A stretch of DNA of 19,094 nt from Erysipelotrichaceae bacterium. GTDB taxonomy: Bacteria > Bacillota_I > Bacilli_A > Erysipelotrichales > Erysipelotrichaceae. This document shows positions 16,479 through 19,094 of this stretch, in pieces. A program made the position numbers and the translations under genes. The first letter of the stretch is position 1, and every line of letters starts with the position of its first letter. The notes below the pieces were generated by a model. That model did not search any database. It worked only from the letters and a program-made list of their open reading frames with translations, and was not told where the DNA came from. The stretch lies in contig JAZQFH010000023.1 of assembly GCA_045539425.1 (NCBI GenBank), positions 1 through 19,094 on the forward strand. The letters are read 5' to 3'.

Positions 16479-16502
16479 CCACCAGCCAAGCTGGTGGTTT
16501 TA
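16479..16502 (+). repeat. IS200-end hairpin H1; also positioned to act as the surE terminator
   Basis: The sequence is ccaccagc-caa-gctggtgg followed by tttta. It starts 8 nt after the surE stop codon. Confidence 0.65.
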
Positions 16503-16569
16503 CTTATGCGGGCATAGCCCTGCCCCCACAGCAGCGCTTTACAGCGCAAAATGTGGTCTGCGACGTGCT

Positions 16570-17040
16570 CTACTTCTTAGTACCCGTAAACGGATCCTCT
16601 ATTTCCAGTGTTAACTGCTCGGCTATCTGGTCTTCCTTTAATTGATTCTGTATGTATTCCTGTATCTTCTTGGTGTTCTTTCCTACTGTATCCACATAAT
16701 AGCCTCGACACCAGAATTCTCTGCTTCGATACTTATATCGCAGATTCCCCCATTTCTCATATATGATTTGTGAACTTCTTCCTTTCAGGTGTCCCATAAA
16801 ATAACTCACGCTCATCTTCGGCGGTATCTCCAGCAACATATGGATATGGTCTACGCAGACCTCCGCCTCAATGATGTTCACGCCTTTTCATTCGCACAGA
16901 TCTCTTAGTATTTTCCCTATTTCCAATCTCCTTGAATCATAAAAGGCTTTTCTCCGATACTTCGGCGCAAACACTACATGATACTTACAGTTCCATTTCG
17001 TGTGTGATAAACTATGTATGTCATCAAGTTTACTTGTCAT
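16570..17040 (-). pseudogene. tnpA: IS200 transposase TnpA (Y1 HUH), interrupted by one in-frame TGA
   Basis: The two track ORFs 16888..17085 and 16570..16881 are in the same frame. Joined, they read MTSKLDDIHSLSHTKWNCKYHVVFAPKYRRKAFYDSRRLEIGKILRDLCE-[TGA]-KGVNIIEAEVCVDHIHMLLEIPPKMSVSYFMGHLKGRSS...REFWCRGYYVDTVGKNTKKIQEYI... This contains the HUH motif (HIH) and the catalytic Tyr region (RGYYV). The TGA at 16890-16888 sits where IS200 transposases have Trp (LCEWK), consistent with TGG to TGA. ATG at 17040 follows GGAGGAGG. Confidence 0.85.
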
Positions 17041-17146
17041 GACTTCCTCCTCCGTTCTATTTCTTATCGTAGTTTCGCAGACCACGATTTCATTATAACG
17101 GCGGAGGTCCTTTTTTTCATTATCTCTCCGCTAAAGCTTTCTCTCA

Positions 17147-17170
17147 CCCCTAGCCAAGCTAGGGGTTTTA
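17147..17170 (+). repeat. IS200-end hairpin H2
   Basis: The sequence is cccctagc-caa-gctagggg followed by tttta. It has the same loop and stem-top (agc-caa-gct) as H1, with two compensatory base-pair substitutions in the stem. Confidence 0.65.
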
Positions 17171-17182
17171 TTTGACAAAAAC

Positions 17183-17205
17183 AGAGAAGACCACGTGTCT
17201 TCTCT
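17183..17205. repeat. Near-perfect 23-bp palindrome abutting the pfp promoter -35 (operator candidate or relic surE terminator)
   Basis: The sequence is agagaaga-c-cacgtg-tcttctct. The 8-bp arms are at 17183-17190 and 17198-17205, around a CACGTG core. Confidence 0.4.
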
Positions 17206-17233
17206 TAACTTTTAAGCCGATTTATCTTATAAT
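17205..17233 (+). promoter_or_regulatory. Promoter of pfp
   Basis: TTAACT (17205-17210) is followed by a 17-nt spacer and TATAAT (17228-17233). An A10 tract (17251-17260) and GGAG (17261-17264) follow, with the GGAG 7 nt before the ATG. Confidence 0.5.
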
Positions 17234-17271
17234 TTGATATAGAGATAAGTAAAAAAAAAAGGAGTATCATT

Positions 17272-18933
17272 ATGAAAATCACACCACTGCAGAAAGCCAG
17301 ATACGAATATCAGCCGAAATTACCCGGTATGCTCCGTCACGGAATCAAAGAGATCTGTGTCAAGGAAGGCGAAGCCACGCAGAGCGTAGCGGACCAGGAA
17401 AAGATCCAGGCATTATTCCCGAACACATACGGCAAAAAGGAAATCACCTTCCAGAAGGGTCAGAATACTTCCGCTGCCAAGAAGCAGGTGGTCGGCGTAA
17501 TCCTGTCCGGCGGACAGGCACCTGGCGGACACAACGTCGTCTGCGGTTTATATGACGCATTAAAAGCAACCGATCCTGAAAATGTCCTTTACGGATTCAA
17601 GAACGGCCCGATCGGCTTATTAAAAGATGACTATCTCGTCTTTGACGATGAATATATCAATCAGTACCGCAATACGGGCGGCTTCGATATCATCGGAAGC
17701 GGCAGAACAAAACTGGAAACGGAAGAACAGTTCGCCGTTGCCGCAGAAGTCTGCAAGAAACACGGCATTACTGCCATCGTGATTATCGGCGGTGATGACT
17801 CCAATACCAACGCCGCAGTCTTAGCCGAATACTTTGCGGCACATAACACCGGCGTACAGGTCATCGGCTGCCCGAAGACGATCGACGGTGACTTAAAGAA
17901 CGAAGACATCGAATGTTCCTTCGGTTTCGATACGGCAACCAAGACATACAGCGAACTCATCGGCAACATCGAACGTGATGCCAACTCCGCCAAGAAATAC
18001 TGGCACTTTGTCAAGGTCATGGGCCGTTCCGCTTCCCACGTCGCATTAGAGTGCGCCCTGGAAACACAGCCGAACATCTGCCTGATCTCGGAAGAAGTCG
18101 CAGCGAAGAAGATGTCCCTGTCCTCCATCGCGGACTACATCGCAGACGCCGTCGCAAAACGAGCCGCCAACGGCAACAACTTCGGTGTCGCCATCATTCC
18201 GGAAGGTGTCGTCGAATTCGTTCCGGAATTCTCCGCCCTGATCAAGGAAATCAACGAACTCCTGGCCGGCTCCAAGGCAGATGCCTTCAACGCTCTGGCT
18301 ACCTGGAAAGAGAAATACGCCTTCATCGAAGAAGGTTTATCCAAAGAAGCCATGGAAGTCTTCGCCATTCTGCCGGAAGGCATCCAGCAGCAGCTCTTCT
18401 TAGAGAGAGACCCGCACGGAAACGTTCAGGTATCCCTGATCGAATCCGAGAAACTCTTCTCCGCTTTAGTCAAAGCGAAACTGGAAGAGAGAAAGAAAGC
18501 CGGAACATACAGCGGCAAGTTCAGCCCGCTGCACCACTTCTTCGGATATGAAGGAAGATGCGCCTTCCCGTCCAACTTCGATGCAGACTACTGCTACTCC
18601 TTAGGATACAACGCCTTCATGCTGATCCAGTACGGATACAACGGATACCTCTCCAAGGTCTCCAACCTGTCCAAACCGGCAGAAGAATGGGTCGCCGGCG
18701 GTATGCCGATCACGAAGATGATGAACATCGAACGCAGACACGGCGAAGACAAACCGGTCATCCGCAAGGCTTTAGTCGAATTAGACGGCAAACCGTTCAA
18801 ATACTTCGAAGCCAACCGTGATACTTGGGCAGTCGAAACAGCTTACACATATCCGGGTGCCATTCAGTACTACGGACCGACGGAAGTCTGTGATTTGACA
18901 ACCAGAACACTGGCGCTCGAAAAAGGAGAATAA
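17272..18933 (+). CDS. pfp: Diphosphate--fructose-6-phosphate 1-phosphotransferase (PPi-dependent phosphofructokinase, long ~550-aa clade)
   Basis: This is a PFK fold with GGDDS ([11 protein letters not shown]) rather than the GGDGS of ATP-PFKs, plus PKTIDGD and MGR. Its 553-aa length is typical of the long PPi-PFK group. Confidence 0.93.
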   Translation: MKITPLQKARYEYQPKLPGMLRHGIKEICVKEGEATQSVADQEKIQALFPNTYGKKEITFQKGQNTSAAKKQVVGVILSGGQAPGGHNVVCGLYDALKATDPENVLYGFKNGPIGLLKDDYLVFDDEYINQYRNTGGFDIIGSGRTKLETEEQFAVAAEVCKKHGITAIVIIGGDDSNTNAAVLAEYFAAHNTGVQVIGCPKTIDGDLKNEDIECSFGFDTATKTYSELIGNIERDANSAKKYWHFVKVMGRSASHVALECALETQPNICLISEEVAAKKMSLSSIADYIADAVAKRAANGNNFGVAIIPEGVVEFVPEFSALIKEINELLAGSKADAFNALATWKEKYAFIEEGLSKEAMEVFAILPEGIQQQLFLERDPHGNVQVSLIESEKLFSALVKAKLEERKKAGTYSGKFSPLHHFFGYEGRCAFPSNFDADYCYSLGYNAFMLIQYGYNGYLSKVSNLSKPAEEWVAGGMPITKMMNIERRHGEDKPVIRKALVELDGKPFKYFEANRDTWAVETAYTYPGAIQYYGPTEVCDLTTRTLALEKGE

Positions 18934-18954
18934 TACTCTTTCATTCAAGACACC

Positions 18955-18984
18955 AAACGGGAAAAAACTTTCCCGTTTTTTCTT
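18955..18984 (+). terminator. Intrinsic terminator of pfp
   Basis: aaacgggaaa (18955-18964)/tttcccgttt (18969-18978) forms a 10-bp stem with loop aaac, followed by TTTCTTT. Confidence 0.8.
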
Positions 18985-19028
18985 TGTCTTTTCCTATAAT
19001 ATATATAGATAAATAAGAAGGTATTTTC

Positions 19029-19094
19029 ATGAGCAAGCACTACATCGATATGGATAACTATCCCAGAGCCGCACATTTCGCCTATTTCCGCTCC
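19029..19094 (+). CDS. N-terminal 22 codons of a chloramphenicol-acetyltransferase-like (type A CAT family) protein; continues beyond the window
   Basis: MSKHYIDMDNYPRAAHFAYFRS fits the CAT N-terminal pattern I-D-x-x-x-[WY]-x-R-x-x-H-F-x-x-[FY] (compare VDISQWHRKEHFEAFQS). AAGAAGG lies upstream of the ATG, and a TATAAT is present at 18995-19000. Only 22 aa are visible. Confidence 0.45.
   Translation, partial: MSKHYIDMDNYPRAAHFAYFRS

Larger units (their letters stand above)
16479..17170 (-). mobile_element. IS200-type (IS200/IS605 family) insertion sequence, about 0.7 kb; boundaries are approximate
   Basis: The element has a single Y1/HUH transposase gene and no terminal inverted repeats. 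It is bracketed by two same-orientation hairpins with a shared core (16479-16497 and 17147-17165), each followed by TTTTA. The size and layout match IS200. The minus-strand 5' UTR has a TATAAT (17097-17092) and a CCUCCG segment (17107-17102) able to pair with the SD CGGAGG (17054-17049). Confidence 0.8.

Noticed and set aside
16888-16890. TGA decoded as Trp (Mollicutes-type genetic code 4), which would make tnpA intact
   Set aside because: TGA is clearly used as a terminator in this window. Examples are the hslO stop within the ATGA overlap at 4207-4210, the tilS stop at 7670-7672 and the TlpA-like gene stop at 189-191. No other gene in the window has an in-frame TGA.
17251-17260. A10 homopolymer upstream of pfp; considered as a slipped-strand phase-variation switch
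   Set aside because: It lies in the 5' UTR immediately upstream of the SD, not between the -35 and -10 and not in coding sequence. Length changes would not switch expression on or off. It is more likely an A-rich translation-enhancing leader.
1-19094. Scan for CRISPR arrays, tRNA/rRNA/tmRNA genes and defence or toxin-antitoxin gene pairs
   Set aside because: I saw no regularly spaced 25-40-nt repeats, no tRNA-like T-arm/acceptor signatures outside coding sequence, and no nuclease, methylase, ATPase or toxin-like ORFs. Every large ORF has a confident housekeeping or IS assignment.

Overview
This window looks like an ordinary chromosomal housekeeping region of a Bacillota (Firmicutes)-type bacterium. 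That assignment is an inference from gene content, strong GGAGG-type Shine-Dalgarno sites and use of a T-box leader. TGA is a genuine stop codon here: it ends hslO, tilS and the TlpA-like fragment.

The minus strand carries one long co-directional block, split by two terminators and one promoter/leader. It reads: UDG-superfamily glycosylase, DUF1146 membrane protein, GT4 WecA/TagO-like transferase, terminator, tilS, hpt, ftsH, terminator plus promoter, hslO, dusB, promoter plus T-box leader, lysS. This is a compacted version of the origin-proximal tilS-hprT-ftsH...hslO...dusB-lysS synteny known from Bacillus subtilis.

The plus strand carries a very tight metG-gltX-S66 peptidase operon, then surE. 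Next comes an IS200-type insertion of about 0.7 kb whose tnpA lies on the minus strand and is broken by a single in-frame TGA. After it come a PPi-dependent phosphofructokinase (pfp) and the first 22 codons of a CAT-like acetyltransferase.

The left edge holds the 3' end of a TlpA-like thioredoxin-fold gene (absent from the ORF track) and a small lipoprotein gene. These are followed by a coding-poor gap of about 800 bp (624-1425) containing a 48-codon acidic ORF and three families of short tandem repeats.

I found no CRISPR array, no tRNA or rRNA gene, and no recognisable multi-gene defence, toxin or biosynthetic system. The least explained parts are the 624-1425 gap and the co-operonic placement of an MccF/LdcA-family peptidase behind two aminoacyl-tRNA synthetases. 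Both are hypotheses to test, not demonstrated novelties.
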